Source: an uncultured Clostridia bacterium (GTDB lineage Bacteria > Bacillota_I > Bacilli_A > RF39 > UBA660). From it: a stretch of 64,000 nucleotides of DNA. The first letter of the stretch is position 1. Each line of letters starts with the position of its first letter. The stretch is taken from positions 9,708 to 73,707 of the forward strand of contig CAMJWT010000005.1 of NCBI GenBank assembly GCA_946409545.1, in the 5' to 3' direction. Below are positions 45,754 to 56,165 of this stretch, one piece after another. The position numbers and the translations under genes are program-made. The notes beneath the pieces were generated by a model. That model was not told the DNA's origin. It ran no database searches and saw only the letters and a program-made list of their open reading frames with translations.

Positions 45754-46560
45754 ATGAATAAAAAGAAACAAATTATTTATTCTTTTATCTTTATAATAAT
45801 TGGAATCTTTTTTATATCCATAGGTAATATTTTAAATGTAAGTAATAAAGATCGTAAAAATGTTGTTAAAGAGGTAATAACGATGACCATAAATAGAGAA
45901 AAGAATAAAGATTATAGACCACCAGTTGCAATAACTAGTTTCCCTTCTAAAGTAATTGAAGAAAGTGAACCAGTTACCCTAGCTCATATTAAAATACCAA
46001 CATATAATCAAGCAGCTACCGGTTATATCTTAGGCTGTGAAGGAGTATCCCTTTTTATGGCACTAAAAGGCCTTGGTTATATTCCTAATTATAATATTCA
46101 TGATTTTATGAAAACAATGCCTAAAGGTAAAACACCATTCGAAGGATATATGGGAAATCCTAAAATAGGACATGTTGGTGAAAATCAAGGTAAACGAACA
46201 ACAATATATCCAGAACCCCTTGCTAATTGGGCAAGTAAATATGCAACAGGGAAAGATTTAACAGGAGCAACAATTGAAGATTTAAAAAGAGAACTTGATG
46301 AAGGTCATGTCATTCTTGTCTATGTAACATCTGGTTGGAACAAACCTATTTGGAAAAAATATTCATGGAGTATTAATCCAAAAGGTGAAATTGAAAATAA
46401 CCATTGTTTAACAATTGTTGGTTATCGATCAAATGGTGATATTTTAGTAAATGATTGTCATGATGGTAGAGTTGATGGAAGACAAGGAGAATATTGGGTT
46501 AAAGCAGATAAATTCGCAGAAATCTATAACTTAAGAAACTATGCTGTTTCCGTTTATTAA
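45754..46560 (+). CDS. Signal-anchored C39-like (papain-fold) peptidase domain protein
   Basis: It has an N-terminal TM. GYILGCEGVSLFMALK carries the candidate catalytic Cys, and NHCLTIVGY..VND supplies the His/Asp, as in the Peptidase_C39_2 / YvpB-like family. Confidence 0.6.
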   Translation: MNKKKQIIYSFIFIIIGIFFISIGNILNVSNKDRKNVVKEVITMTINREKNKDYRPPVAITSFPSKVIEESEPVTLAHIKIPTYNQAATGYILGCEGVSLFMALKGLGYIPNYNIHDFMKTMPKGKTPFEGYMGNPKIGHVGENQGKRTTIYPEPLANWASKYATGKDLTGATIEDLKRELDEGHVILVYVTSGWNKPIWKKYSWSINPKGEIENNHCLTIVGYRSNGDILVNDCHDGRVDGRQGEYWVKADKFAEIYNLRNYAVSVY

Positions 46561-46594
46561 GCAAAATAAAAAAGTCAAATAATTTTGACTTTTT

Positions 46595-46813
46595 TTATTG
46601 CATTACATTCATTACTATTGTTATTACAAAGAAAGCTATTCCAAGAGCCATTGTAACTCTACTAATAAATAGTTCACTACCACGTTCTTTTCTTTTGTTA
46701 AATAAGTCTAAGCTTCCACCACTAATAATTTGACTAGCAGGTTCAGCTTTACCACTTTGTAATAAAACAATTATAATTAATAATATTGATATAACTAATA
46801 ATACAACCTTCAT
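46595..46813 (-). CDS. secG: Preprotein translocase subunit SecG
   Basis: 72 aa with two TMs. VVLLVISILLIIIVLLQSGK followed by GGS and a second hydrophobic helix is the SecG pattern. Confidence 0.7.
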   Translation of the reverse strand: MKVVLLVISILLIIIVLLQSGKAEPASQIISGGSLDLFNKRKERGSELFISRVTMALGIAFFVITIVMNVMQ

Positions 46814-46866
46814 AAATTAAACCTCACTTTCAATAAGATAACAAAATATCAACAAAAAGTCAATAT

Positions 46867-47364
46867 TTACCTACCTCTTCTAACTTGATTTTCTAATTCT
46901 TCGTCACCTAATGGAATACCATTATTCATCATATGCATAAAGATTTCATTTTGTCTTCTTCTATAAGCCATCTCATAAATCTTATCTTGTAATTCTTTTT
47001 CAATAATTTTTATTTTCTTACTAATTAAGGCAATATGTTCTTTTTCAATATATTTACGATCACGATTAATAAGTTCCATTTTAAACTTTTCTACTTGATT
47101 TAGAGCTTTCATTAAACTATCACTTGAATCGTCATCATCATCTTCATATATAGATACAATATATTCTAAAATCTTTTTAAAACGATTATTTATTCTCTTC
47201 ATCATATATTGATCAATTAAGTCATCATTAACAATTAAAACGTTAGAAAGTTTTAAATCAAGAACTTCTTTTTCATCAATAGGATATGATATATTGGTAT
47301 GATAATTAGATAATCTTACATAATCATTTTCTTTAACTAAAGTATATTTATCGATTGTCTTCAT
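46867..47364 (-). CDS. Hypothetical charged/helical protein
   Basis: I trimmed the tracked ORF to MKTIDKYT (GGGAGAA RBS), leaving a 17-nt overlap with the trmD end. I recognised no motifs. Confidence 0.4.
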   Translation of the reverse strand: MKTIDKYTLVKENDYVRLSNYHTNISYPIDEKEVLDLKLSNVLIVNDDLIDQYMMKRINNRFKKILEYIVSIYEDDDDDSSDSLMKALNQVEKFKMELINRDRKYIEKEHIALISKKIKIIEKELQDKIYEMAYRRRQNEIFMHMMNNGIPLGDEELENQVRRGR

Positions 47365-48031
47365 TATATTTCTCCCATAAGTCAGGTCTATTCTCTCGAG
47401 TAATTCTAATTCTTTCTTGTAATCGATATTCATCTATTTTTTTATGATCACCAGAAAGAAGAATTTCAGGTACTTCCATATTATTATACACCCTTGGCTT
47501 AGTATATACAGGATAATCAAGTAAATTGTCTGTAAAGGATTCACTATTTAAACTTTCACTTGTAATAGCGCCATCCAAAAGACGCGTAATACTATCAACA
47601 AGAATCATTGCAGGAATCTCTCCACCAGTTAAGACATAATCACCAATACTTATTTCCATATCACAAATCGATTTAATTCTCTCATCAAAACCTTCATAAT
47701 GACCACAAATAATAATTAAATGTTTTTCTTTTGATAAGTCATAAGCCATTTTTTGATTATATACTTTTCCAGTTGGTGTCATTAATATAACTTTACTATC
47801 ATCTGTTCTTAGACTATTAACACAATCAAAAATTGGTTGACACGATAGAACCATTCCAGCTCCACCACCAAATGGAGTATCATCAACATTACCATGAGGA
47901 TCAAGAGTATAATCACGAAAGTTATGAACGTTTATAGAAACTATTCCTTTTTCAACACATCTTTTAATAATTGATTCTGTGAAAGCACCATCAAAGAGAT
48001 TTGGAAACAAAGATAAAATATCTATTTTCAT
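47348..48031 (-). CDS. trmD: tRNA (guanine37-N1)-methyltransferase
   Basis: MKIDILSLFP, DDTPFGGGAGMV, CGHYEGFDERI, SIGDYVLTGGE and LSGDHKKI are TrmD signatures. Confidence 0.9.
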   Translation of the reverse strand: MKIDILSLFPNLFDGAFTESIIKRCVEKGIVSINVHNFRDYTLDPHGNVDDTPFGGGAGMVLSCQPIFDCVNSLRTDDSKVILMTPTGKVYNQKMAYDLSKEKHLIIICGHYEGFDERIKSICDMEISIGDYVLTGGEIPAMILVDSITRLLDGAITSESLNSESFTDNLLDYPVYTKPRVYNNMEVPEILLSGDHKKIDEYRLQERIRITRENRPDLWEKYNEDNR

Positions 48032-48486
48032 AAACCTTCCACCTCTTTTATATAAATAATTTTTTCAGAGTTATCAATGTGATCAATTAATTCATAAGGA
48101 ATAAATTTACCATTACGACAAACTAACATCTTTTTATTCATTGTCATTAATCTTATTTCACTTAAGAAAGTATCAATATAACTATTTTCTACTTTGTAAC
48201 CAATTAAATCATCTTCAATGACTTCATCATTAAAGTATTTATCACGGTCTATATATACTGTACTATTTTTTAAATTAATAACATCTTCGATACGATTAAT
48301 ACCAACAAGTGTTACCATATCATAACCTTTATGAACACGATAACTATTAATGATATAAGGTTTATCAATAATTATTTCATTACCAACTTTAAAGATTTTA
48401 TCTTTTTCATTAAAATCTGATTTAATTCTTATCTCACCTTTAATACCATGAGTTGTAACATATTTACCAATAGCGATTTTATTCAT
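48028..48486 (-). CDS. rimM: 16S rRNA processing protein RimM
   Basis: IGKYVTTHGIKGEIRIKS at the N-terminus. It lies immediately upstream of trmD, overlapping it by 4 nt. Length is 152 aa. Confidence 0.75.
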   Translation of the reverse strand: MNKIAIGKYVTTHGIKGEIRIKSDFNEKDKIFKVGNEIIIDKPYIINSYRVHKGYDMVTLVGINRIEDVINLKNSTVYIDRDKYFNDEVIEDDLIGYKVENSYIDTFLSEIRLMTMNKKMLVCRNGKFIPYELIDHIDNSEKIIYIKEVEGL

Positions 48487-48501
48487 AAAGATTACTCCTT
48501 T

Positions 48502-49233
48502 CTATTTATTAAATTCATATAAAATAATACTAGTAGCGACTGCGACATTCAAACTTTCACAATTAGAGTTCATTGGAATATAAATATTCTTATCACACAT
48601 ATTCTGTAATTCTTCTTTTAATCCTTGTCCTTCATTACCCATAAGTAATGCAAACTTATTCGTTTTAACTTCACTTAAATTAACACCATTATGAACATTA
48701 GTACCAAGAATATCATATTCTTTTTCTTTTAATTCTTTAATAACTTCAACAAGATCTCTTCTAATGATATTAGTATGAAAGATAAGACCTTGAGTACTAC
48801 GAATAACTTTATCATTATATAAGTCAACTGTATCATTAGATAGAACTATCGTATCAATATTAAAAGCCACACTACTTCGAATAATAGTTCCTAAATTCCC
48901 TGGATCTTGAATATTATCAAGTAATAAAAGATGATTACCAGAAAGATTATTGTTATCCATAATCTTACATACACCTATTACCTTAGGTATTGATGGCATC
49001 CTACTAATCTTTTTCATAATAGATTCCGTTACATATGTTATTTCCATATTAACATCAAAATCTATTTCACAATTCTCTAATACTAAAATATCTACTAAAT
49101 TATTAACATTAATAGCTTCCTTAACTAAATGTTCTCCCATTACTAAAAACAATTTATTAATATTTCGATTTTTAGTTTCATTAAGGGAAGTATATAATTT
49201 AATTTTTTTATTATCAAGACTAGTTATTAACAT
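48502..49233 (-). CDS. TrmH/SpoU-family RNA 2'-O-methyltransferase
   Basis: DNIQDPGNLGTIIRSSVAFNIDTIVL, LLMGNEGQGL and IPMNSNCESLNVAVATSIILYE are SpoU motifs 1-3. Confidence 0.8.
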   Translation of the reverse strand: MLITSLDNKKIKLYTSLNETKNRNINKLFLVMGEHLVKEAINVNNLVDILVLENCEIDFDVNMEITYVTESIMKKISRMPSIPKVIGVCKIMDNNNLSGNHLLLLDNIQDPGNLGTIIRSSVAFNIDTIVLSNDTVDLYNDKVIRSTQGLIFHTNIIRRDLVEVIKELKEKEYDILGTNVHNGVNLSEVKTNKFALLMGNEGQGLKEELQNMCDKNIYIPMNSNCESLNVAVATSIILYEFNK

Positions 49234-49262
49234 AGTATCACCTCTTTAATTATACTATATAA

Positions 49263-49991
49263 TTATTCAAAATAACCCTTCTGATATAATTTTTGTTTTA
49301 TTTTATATTCTAGTTCATCACCAGAATATTTCTTTTCTAGTTTCTTTCTTATCTTTTCTTTTTCTTTATTTAGATTATCTTTATCATCAACATACACGTG
49401 ATATAAACATTCATTAACTAGTTCTTTATCATAACCAAGATTAACTAGATTAACAATTATACTATTCTTAAACATATATCTACTTTTTCGATTACTTTTA
49501 AGTTTTTTATTAATATAATCATTTACTTTTTCTTTTTGAAGACTATAATTAAAATCTTTTAAATATTTAGAATAAACAGGATATGGAATACCTAATTCTT
49601 CTAAATGTTTTTTTATCTTTAAAGGGCCATCATTAGATAAATTAATTTTATCATTTATATAACATTTACTATAATAATCATCATTTAAGTAACCTTTTTT
49701 TATTAATTTATCAATTGTATTATTAATATCAAGATTACTATAACCTTTTTTTGTTAAATAATCTTCCATTTCTTTAATACTACGTATTTTAGTACTAATA
49801 TATTTTAAACTAACTTCGTAAATAGAATATTTATCATTAAGTTTTATTATTCTATCAACATCATCAATCTCTTTTTTTAATAATAATTCTTCTTTGATAA
49901 TAATATCTTCATATAATTTTATCTTTTCATTATTTTCAAGATAAACATTATATTTATTACCACTTAGTTTTTGATATTTAATTATTTTCAT
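49263..49991 (-). CDS. recX: RecX-family regulatory protein
   Basis: It has repeated three-helix units with SIKEMEDYLTKKGY..IDKLIKKGYLNDDYY, typical of RecX. Length is 242 aa. Confidence 0.55.
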   Translation of the reverse strand: MKIIKYQKLSGNKYNVYLENNEKIKLYEDIIIKEELLLKKEIDDVDRIIKLNDKYSIYEVSLKYISTKIRSIKEMEDYLTKKGYSNLDINNTIDKLIKKGYLNDDYYSKCYINDKINLSNDGPLKIKKHLEELGIPYPVYSKYLKDFNYSLQKEKVNDYINKKLKSNRKSRYMFKNSIIVNLVNLGYDKELVNECLYHVYVDDKDNLNKEKEKIRKKLEKKYSGDELEYKIKQKLYQKGYFE

Positions 49992-50966
49992 TTACCCTCT
50001 TATAGTTATAATTACATGTTCTAATTAGTCTATTCATAATTGCTAGACCTAATGATTTAATAGTAGTAGCTTCAATAATTATTAAATCAGCTTCATCTTT
50101 ATCGGCAACACGAAGCAATTTAAAGATGTTGTGAGCAATCATCTTTAAATCATTACCATAATCATAATATTTATAGCAATCGATATTTAAATCATGTCCA
50201 ATAATAATTATCTTTTTATCTTTATCCACAAATTTGTGGATAATTTCTTTATCACATAACATACATTCTGTATTTGGTGAATAATGTTTATAAAGCATAC
50301 CAGGAGATTCTACTTTACCTTCAGCTTTCTTAAATAAGAATTCTGATACATTACACTTACCAATAACTTCTTCGATATCTTCTCTTGTAATAAAACCAGG
50401 TCTAAGTATCGTTGGAACATTATCAATTACTTTAACAACAGTACTCTCTAAGCCTATTAAAGAGTCACCTCCATCAATTAAATAATCAACAGAGTCTTTA
50501 AATTCGTCATAGATATCAAGTACATTCGTTCCACTTGGTTTTGTACTTTTATTAGCAGATGGAGCAGCAATTGGAAAATCTAGTTTATCCAAAAGTTCAT
50601 GAGCAATAGGATCAATAGGAACTCTTATACCAACTGTATCCATATTACATGTTACATTACTTGGAATAATATCTTTTTTCTCTAAGATTAAAGTAAATGG
50701 TCCTGGCATAAATGTATCAATAAGTTTTTGTTCTATTTCATTATTAACTATTGCATACTTTGATATTTCTTCTTTATTTTTAAGATGAACTATTAAAGGA
50801 TTATTACTTGCTCTATTCTTTGCTTCAAATATTTTATCAACACTAGATGTGGATAAAGCATTAGCTCCTAATCCATATACGGTTTCTGTTGGGAAAATAA
50901 CAAGATTTCCTTTATTTAAACTATCTATTGCAAGATCTAGTTCATCTACACTTATAATCTTACTCA

Positions 50967-50967
<1 letters not shown>
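49978..50967 (-). CDS. tsaC: L-threonylcarbamoyladenylate synthase (Sua5/YwlC type, with C-terminal Sua5 domain)
   Basis: NLVIFPTETVYGLGANA, KNRASNNPLIVH, APSANKSTKPS and ESTVVKV. Confidence 0.85.
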
Positions 50968-52136
<1,169 letters not shown>

Positions 52137-52177
52137 TCATATGTATTATAGCAAAAAGAATTATTAATGTAAATTAA

Positions 52178-52197
52178 AAAGAGGATTTCTCCTCTTT
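52178..52197 (-). terminator. Intrinsic terminator after the paralog pair
   Basis: Hairpin AAAGAGGA-tttc-TCCTCTTT 3' of the stop at 52202, with a U-run on the minus strand. Confidence 0.6.
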
Positions 52198-52201
52198 TTA
52201 T

Positions 52202-52930
52202 TTATCCTAATCTTTTATAATTTTTAATTACACCAATTACAAAGATTAAATAAAATAATAAAAATGTACAACCTCTAATAATTCTAGCTTTCTCTGCAAA
52301 ATCTAAATCAGATTTACTTTTAACTTTAAGTCTAATATTAGTTCCTTCAATTTCAAAGATATCTTCACTAGTATTAAGATTCTTTTCTTCTTCTGGTGTA
52401 AATGTTCTTACTTGTTCATATGTTTCAATAACATCAAAGATTTCACTTGAGTTTTCATCATCTCTAAAGAATTCAATCATTTTAGATAAATCTTCTTCAA
52501 AGTATTCAAAATTGAAATTTTTATTTGGTACAAAACGATAAACGGTTCTTTTATATTCTCTATTACCATTTGCATAATTTTTACTGTTATCATAGTTTTC
52601 TGTCTTTTCCCAATGACTAACTAAAACGAATGGTGTATTGCAAGAAACATCTTGAATACCATCAGCTAGTTCTAAAGCTCTTTTAATCATTTCACTAGCT
52701 TCTTCCATATTCTCTAAATCAATATTTAAATATTCACCATCAATTTCTAAAGATACTTCTTCTTCACTAGATATTTCTTGTACAATTTTTGGTTCGTTGC
52801 CAATACTTGATTCTACTTTTGTTTCACCTTTACCTGTATAAGGTATCATAAGAATAATTGATGATATTAATGCACAAGCACCTCTTTTAGCTATATCAAT
52901 ATATTTTGAACTTATTTCTTTAATTTTCAT
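52202..52930 (-). CDS. Bitopic-looking membrane protein, paralog 2 (N- and C-terminal TM helices, unknown function)
   Basis: I trimmed the ORF to MKIKEISSKY (AAGGGGG RBS). It is collinear with 52948-53658: KGETKVESSIGNE.K, NREY.R.VY.F, EYFEED, FFRD.EN. .EIFD., and a C-terminal TM. Confidence 0.55.
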   Translation of the reverse strand: MKIKEISSKYIDIAKRGACALISSIILMIPYTGKGETKVESSIGNEPKIVQEISSEEEVSLEIDGEYLNIDLENMEEASEMIKRALELADGIQDVSCNTPFVLVSHWEKTENYDNSKNYANGNREYKRTVYRFVPNKNFNFEYFEEDLSKMIEFFRDDENSSEIFDVIETYEQVRTFTPEEEKNLNTSEDIFEIEGTNIRLKVKSKSDLDFAEKARIIRGCTFLLFYLIFVIGVIKNYKRLG

Positions 52931-52947
52931 ATACATTCCCCCTTTTG

Positions 52948-53658
52948 TTATTTCAATCCCATTATTCCATATTTTTTATATCTTATAATCATAATAATGA
53001 TTACAGATAATATCATTGAGCAACCTAGAATAATACTTTTTCTTTCACTACTATTCTTTTTTTCTTCTATTCTTTTACTTTCATCTCTTGATAAAAATTT
53101 AAAAGTAAGATTAGTTCCATCAATAGAAATCATATCTTCTTTTGTATTAATACTTTTTTCTTCTTCCTTAGTTAAATTAACAGTTTCAACTTGTTTTTCA
53201 ACTATATCAAAGATTTCAAGCGCATTTTCATTATCTCTAAAGAATAATGCTATTTTTTCAATATCTTCATCGAAGTATTCAGGATTAAACTTTTCATTAA
53301 CCGTAAATTTATATACTTTTCTCATATATTCACGATTATCTTTTTTATAACCCTTATCCACTTCATAGTTACTTGATCTTACCCAATGTGTTGTAAAAAT
53401 AAATGTTGGACGTTCAGAAACATCTGTATATGCTAAAAGATCTCTTAATTCATCCTTAAACTGTTCTAAGTTGTTTTCATCAACTGTAATAACATTTTGA
53501 TATTCTTGTATAACTTTTGTTTCATTACCAATACTTGATTCTACTTTTGTTTCACCTTTACCACCATGTGGTATAAAAAGTAATATAGCAGTTAAAACTG
53601 TACACACTCCTCTTTTAACATAATCAATAACTTTTGGACTAATTTCTTTAATTTTCAT
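52948..53658 (-). CDS. Bitopic-looking membrane protein, paralog 1
   Basis: 236 aa beginning MKIKEISPKV, with an N-terminal hydrophobic helix (VCTVLTAILLFIP) and a C-terminal TM (IILGCSMILSVIIIMII). It has an AAGGGGG RBS. Confidence 0.55.
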   Translation of the reverse strand: MKIKEISPKVIDYVKRGVCTVLTAILLFIPHGGKGETKVESSIGNETKVIQEYQNVITVDENNLEQFKDELRDLLAYTDVSERPTFIFTTHWVRSSNYEVDKGYKKDNREYMRKVYKFTVNEKFNPEYFDEDIEKIALFFRDNENALEIFDIVEKQVETVNLTKEEEKSINTKEDMISIDGTNLTFKFLSRDESKRIEEKKNSSERKSIILGCSMILSVIIIMIIRYKKYGIMGLK

Positions 53659-53685
53659 ATATATTCCCCCTTTTTGCAGGAGTAC

Positions 53686-53796
53686 AAAAAAAGAGACTCC
53701 TGCTTACGCAAAAGTCTCGCCCGATTTAAAAATCTTCCTTACCGGTATAAAAAACGTCTTGACGATAAGGAACTAAAGGACTACTCCCCTTTAACG
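53686..53796 (-). promoter_or_regulatory. Structured 5' leader with a strong intrinsic terminator; candidate riboswitch/attenuator (yybP-ykoY Mn2+-like boxes, class unproven)
   Basis: The minus-strand RNA reads ..UUAAAGGGGAGUAGUCCUUUAG-[10-bp hairpin UUCCUUAUCG..CGGUAAGGAA]-AUUUUUAAAUCGGGC-GAGACUUUUGC-GUAA-GCAGGAGUCUC-UUUUUUU. The terminator is an 11-bp stem with a GNRA loop (53693-53718) plus seven U, about 30 nt before the start codon. The 5' box AAAGGGGAGUAG (53781-53792) and the 3' box GCGAGACUUUU (53710-53720) resemble the conserved strands of the Mn2+ riboswitch as I remember them. Confidence 0.4.
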
Positions 53797-53802
53797 AGTA
53801 TA

Positions 53803-53831
53803 ATTATATCATAACTGTCCAAAAATGTCAA
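53803..53831 (-). promoter_or_regulatory. Consensus sigma-A promoter (TTGACA-17 nt-TATAAT)
   Basis: The minus strand has TTGACA (53831-53826), a 17-nt spacer and TATAAT (53808-53803), directly after the stop of the upstream gene. Confidence 0.65.
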
Positions 53832-53836
53832 GTAAA

Positions 53837-55675
53837 TTATTCTTTAACTAACTTTCCACCTGATAATTTATATACTGTTGGATTACCATTAATCATCTTT
53901 TTTCGGAAATTATTTATTAGATTTAAATCTTTATTTTTATCTTTACTTTCACTTAAAAACCAATTAATAAACTTTTCTTGTTCCATCGTTCCAGAAGCTT
54001 TTATTTGATTATATAAACTATTAATTTCACTACCATTTCTTGTCTTTCCTGAATTCCATACTTCTCTTCTAAAATATGATAATTCATAATCATCAAACAA
54101 ATTAGTTTTACTTAATCCTAAGATACCTTCAAGTAACATAGCAATAGTTCCTGTTCGATCAGTTCCAACTGCACAGTGGAAATAAACTTTTTTACCAGAT
54201 ACTACTAATTTCATTATAGCTTCTACCGCATTTCTTGAATTAATTCTCTTAACAGTATAACCATAAACTTGATAATTATGTTTAGTAAAAGATGGCAATT
54301 TATTACGATCAGATCTAAATTGGGCATTACTTCTTATATCAACAATATCGGTAATACCTACTCTTTTAAAAGTAGATTCCGTATCTGATAATGATTCATA
54401 TGGTGAAGCTCCTCTAAAAATAAGACCATATTTTAGAGTTCCTCCATCAGCTTTCCATCCACCAAAATCTCTTATATTTCGAACACTTTTTACTTGAATC
54501 ATACGAACACCTTTATTAATAGAAACATATTCATAATTTTTACTATTAGTAGATGATTCTAAATAATAAGTATTCCCTGGTATTAATATATTAGTTAACA
54601 TTATTGAATCACTTACAGTACTTATATATTCTTTCTTATTAGATGAAGCGTTATATAAAGAAACTTTTATATTACCACTAATTTTCGAATTATATATATT
54701 AGGTCTATCACAATGTTGTTCTTTTTTACAATTATTATTTTTAAATATCGTTTTAATATTTCTTGAACTATCAGATAGTAAACTTGATACTGCTTTATTC
54801 ATAAGTTCATGCTCTTTTGGTACAACAATCGTACAAGTTTCTTCCATACCACTATTTGTTTTAGCAGTAATAATGGTATCACCATATCCAATTGCTTTAA
54901 CTAAACCATTTTCAACTGTAGCAACTTTAGTATTACTACTTTTCCAAGTTATTGTTTTATCAGTTGCATTAGTTGGAGTTACTTTAGCAGTTATTGTTTC
55001 ACTATTACCTACTTTTAAAATTAAACCTTTTTTATTTAATTCTATTTTTGATACATCAATTATTTTCTTTTTAACTTTTACGGTTACTTTTGCTGTTATA
55101 CCATTATTGCTTGATAAAGTAATAACCGTTTCACCTTCTGATACCCCAACTATTTCATATTGATCATTAAAAGCTGCAACACTAGGATTATCACTTTTGA
55201 AATTCAAATTCTTATTAGTTGCATTTTCTGGTAATACTTTATAATTAACTTTTGCTGTTTCACTTTCATATATTTCAATATTACTGTTATCAACAATAAT
55301 TTGTTCTACATTAATAACAATAGGTTTTACATTTACTGTAATAACCTTAGTTATTTTCATTTTCTCCGTTTCTACTTTAATCATACAAGTACCAGGAGAA
55401 ATACCAGTTACTACTCCATTATTAACGGTAGCAATAGTTGGATTAATACTTGTCCATGTAAGATTTTGGTAAGTCGCATTTGGAGGTATTACACTAGCAT
55501 TTATCGTCTTTGATTCATTAACTGTTAGATCAACCGTTGTTGTATCTATTGATATACCTTCTTCATATATAGTAGAATCTACAATAGAATTACCTAATAG
55601 GCCACTAACAATAAAATATACACTAATTAATAAGGCTAATACGAATAATATTTTAACTATTCCATCTTTTTTCAT
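53837..55675 (-). CDS. Signal-anchored surface protein: three Big_2 Ig-like domains plus a C-terminal protein-tyrosine-phosphatase-like domain
   Basis: I trimmed the ORF to MKKDGIVKILFVLALLISVYFIV. The Big_2 signatures are NLTWTSINPTIATVNNGVVTGISPGT, FKSDNPSVAAF and ITWKSSNTKVATVENGLVKAIGYGDT. The C-terminus has VYFHCAVGTDRTG (CX5R P-loop). Confidence 0.7.
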   Translation of the reverse strand: MKKDGIVKILFVLALLISVYFIVSGLLGNSIVDSTIYEEGISIDTTTVDLTVNESKTINASVIPPNATYQNLTWTSINPTIATVNNGVVTGISPGTCMIKVETEKMKITKVITVNVKPIVINVEQIIVDNSNIEIYESETAKVNYKVLPENATNKNLNFKSDNPSVAAFNDQYEIVGVSEGETVITLSSNNGITAKVTVKVKKKIIDVSKIELNKKGLILKVGNSETITAKVTPTNATDKTITWKSSNTKVATVENGLVKAIGYGDTIITAKTNSGMEETCTIVVPKEHELMNKAVSSLLSDSSRNIKTIFKNNNCKKEQHCDRPNIYNSKISGNIKVSLYNASSNKKEYISTVSDSIMLTNILIPGNTYYLESSTNSKNYEYVSINKGVRMIQVKSVRNIRDFGGWKADGGTLKYGLIFRGASPYESLSDTESTFKRVGITDIVDIRSNAQFRSDRNKLPSFTKHNYQVYGYTVKRINSRNAVEAIMKLVVSGKKVYFHCAVGTDRTGTIAMLLEGILGLSKTNLFDDYELSYFRREVWNSGKTRNGSEINSLYNQIKASGTMEQEKFINWFLSESKDKNKDLNLINNFRKKMINGNPTVYKLSGGKLVKE

Positions 55676-55755
55676 ACACACCCTCTATTATAATTATAGC
55701 AAAATAACTTATTAAACACTTATAAAACAATTAAATAATTTTTATATTTACAAAA

Positions 55756-55781
55756 AAAGAAAGACATTTAAGTCTTTCTTT
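55756..55781 (-). terminator. Intrinsic terminator after hsp20
   Basis: Hairpin AAAGAAAGAC-atttaa-GTCTTTCTTT adjacent to the stop at 55782. Confidence 0.6.
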
Positions 55782-56150
55782 TTATTTAATAGATATTTGT
55801 TTCTTTTCAGTTTCTACTTTTGTAGGAATAACTACTTTTAAGATTCCATCTTTAAATTCAGCAGAGATATTATCTTCATCAATATCGCCAATATAGAATG
55901 AACGTTCTACTTTTCCAAATGTTCTTTCACGACGAATATATCTCTTTTCTTCTTTTTCTTCTTTCTTTTCTTCTTTTCTAGCTGAAACAATAATAGAACC
56001 TTTATTAGTTTCTAGATGAATATCTTCCTTTCTATAACCAGGTAGATCCATCTCTAAATGATATTTACCATCTTCTTGATAAATATCACAATTTCCTTTC
56101 TCAGTAACATCTAAATCAAAAAAATCATTAAATACTCTTGTTGGTAACAT
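55782..56150 (-). CDS. Hsp20/alpha-crystallin small heat-shock protein
   Basis: CDIYQEDGKYHLEMDLPGYRKEDIHLE, ERTFGKVERSFYIG and AEFKDGILKVVIP form the alpha-crystallin domain. I trimmed the start to MLPTRVF (AAAGGAGTGA RBS). Confidence 0.85.
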   Translation of the reverse strand: MLPTRVFNDFFDLDVTEKGNCDIYQEDGKYHLEMDLPGYRKEDIHLETNKGSIIVSARKEEKKEEKEEKRYIRRERTFGKVERSFYIGDIDEDNISAEFKDGILKVVIPTKVETEKKQISIK

Positions 56151-56165
56151 AAATATCACTCCTTT

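Noticed and set aside
53659-53800. The idea that the structured RNA upstream of 53658 is a small SRP (4.5S) RNA, prompted by the GGUAAGGAAG and GUAAGCAGG strings.
   Set aside because: The 5' and 3' ends do not pair into the long SRP hairpin, and the domain IV loops (GGAA tetraloop with flanking AGCA/A-rich loops) are not reproduced. The element sits between a consensus promoter and an RBS and contains a terminator, so it behaves like a cis-acting leader.
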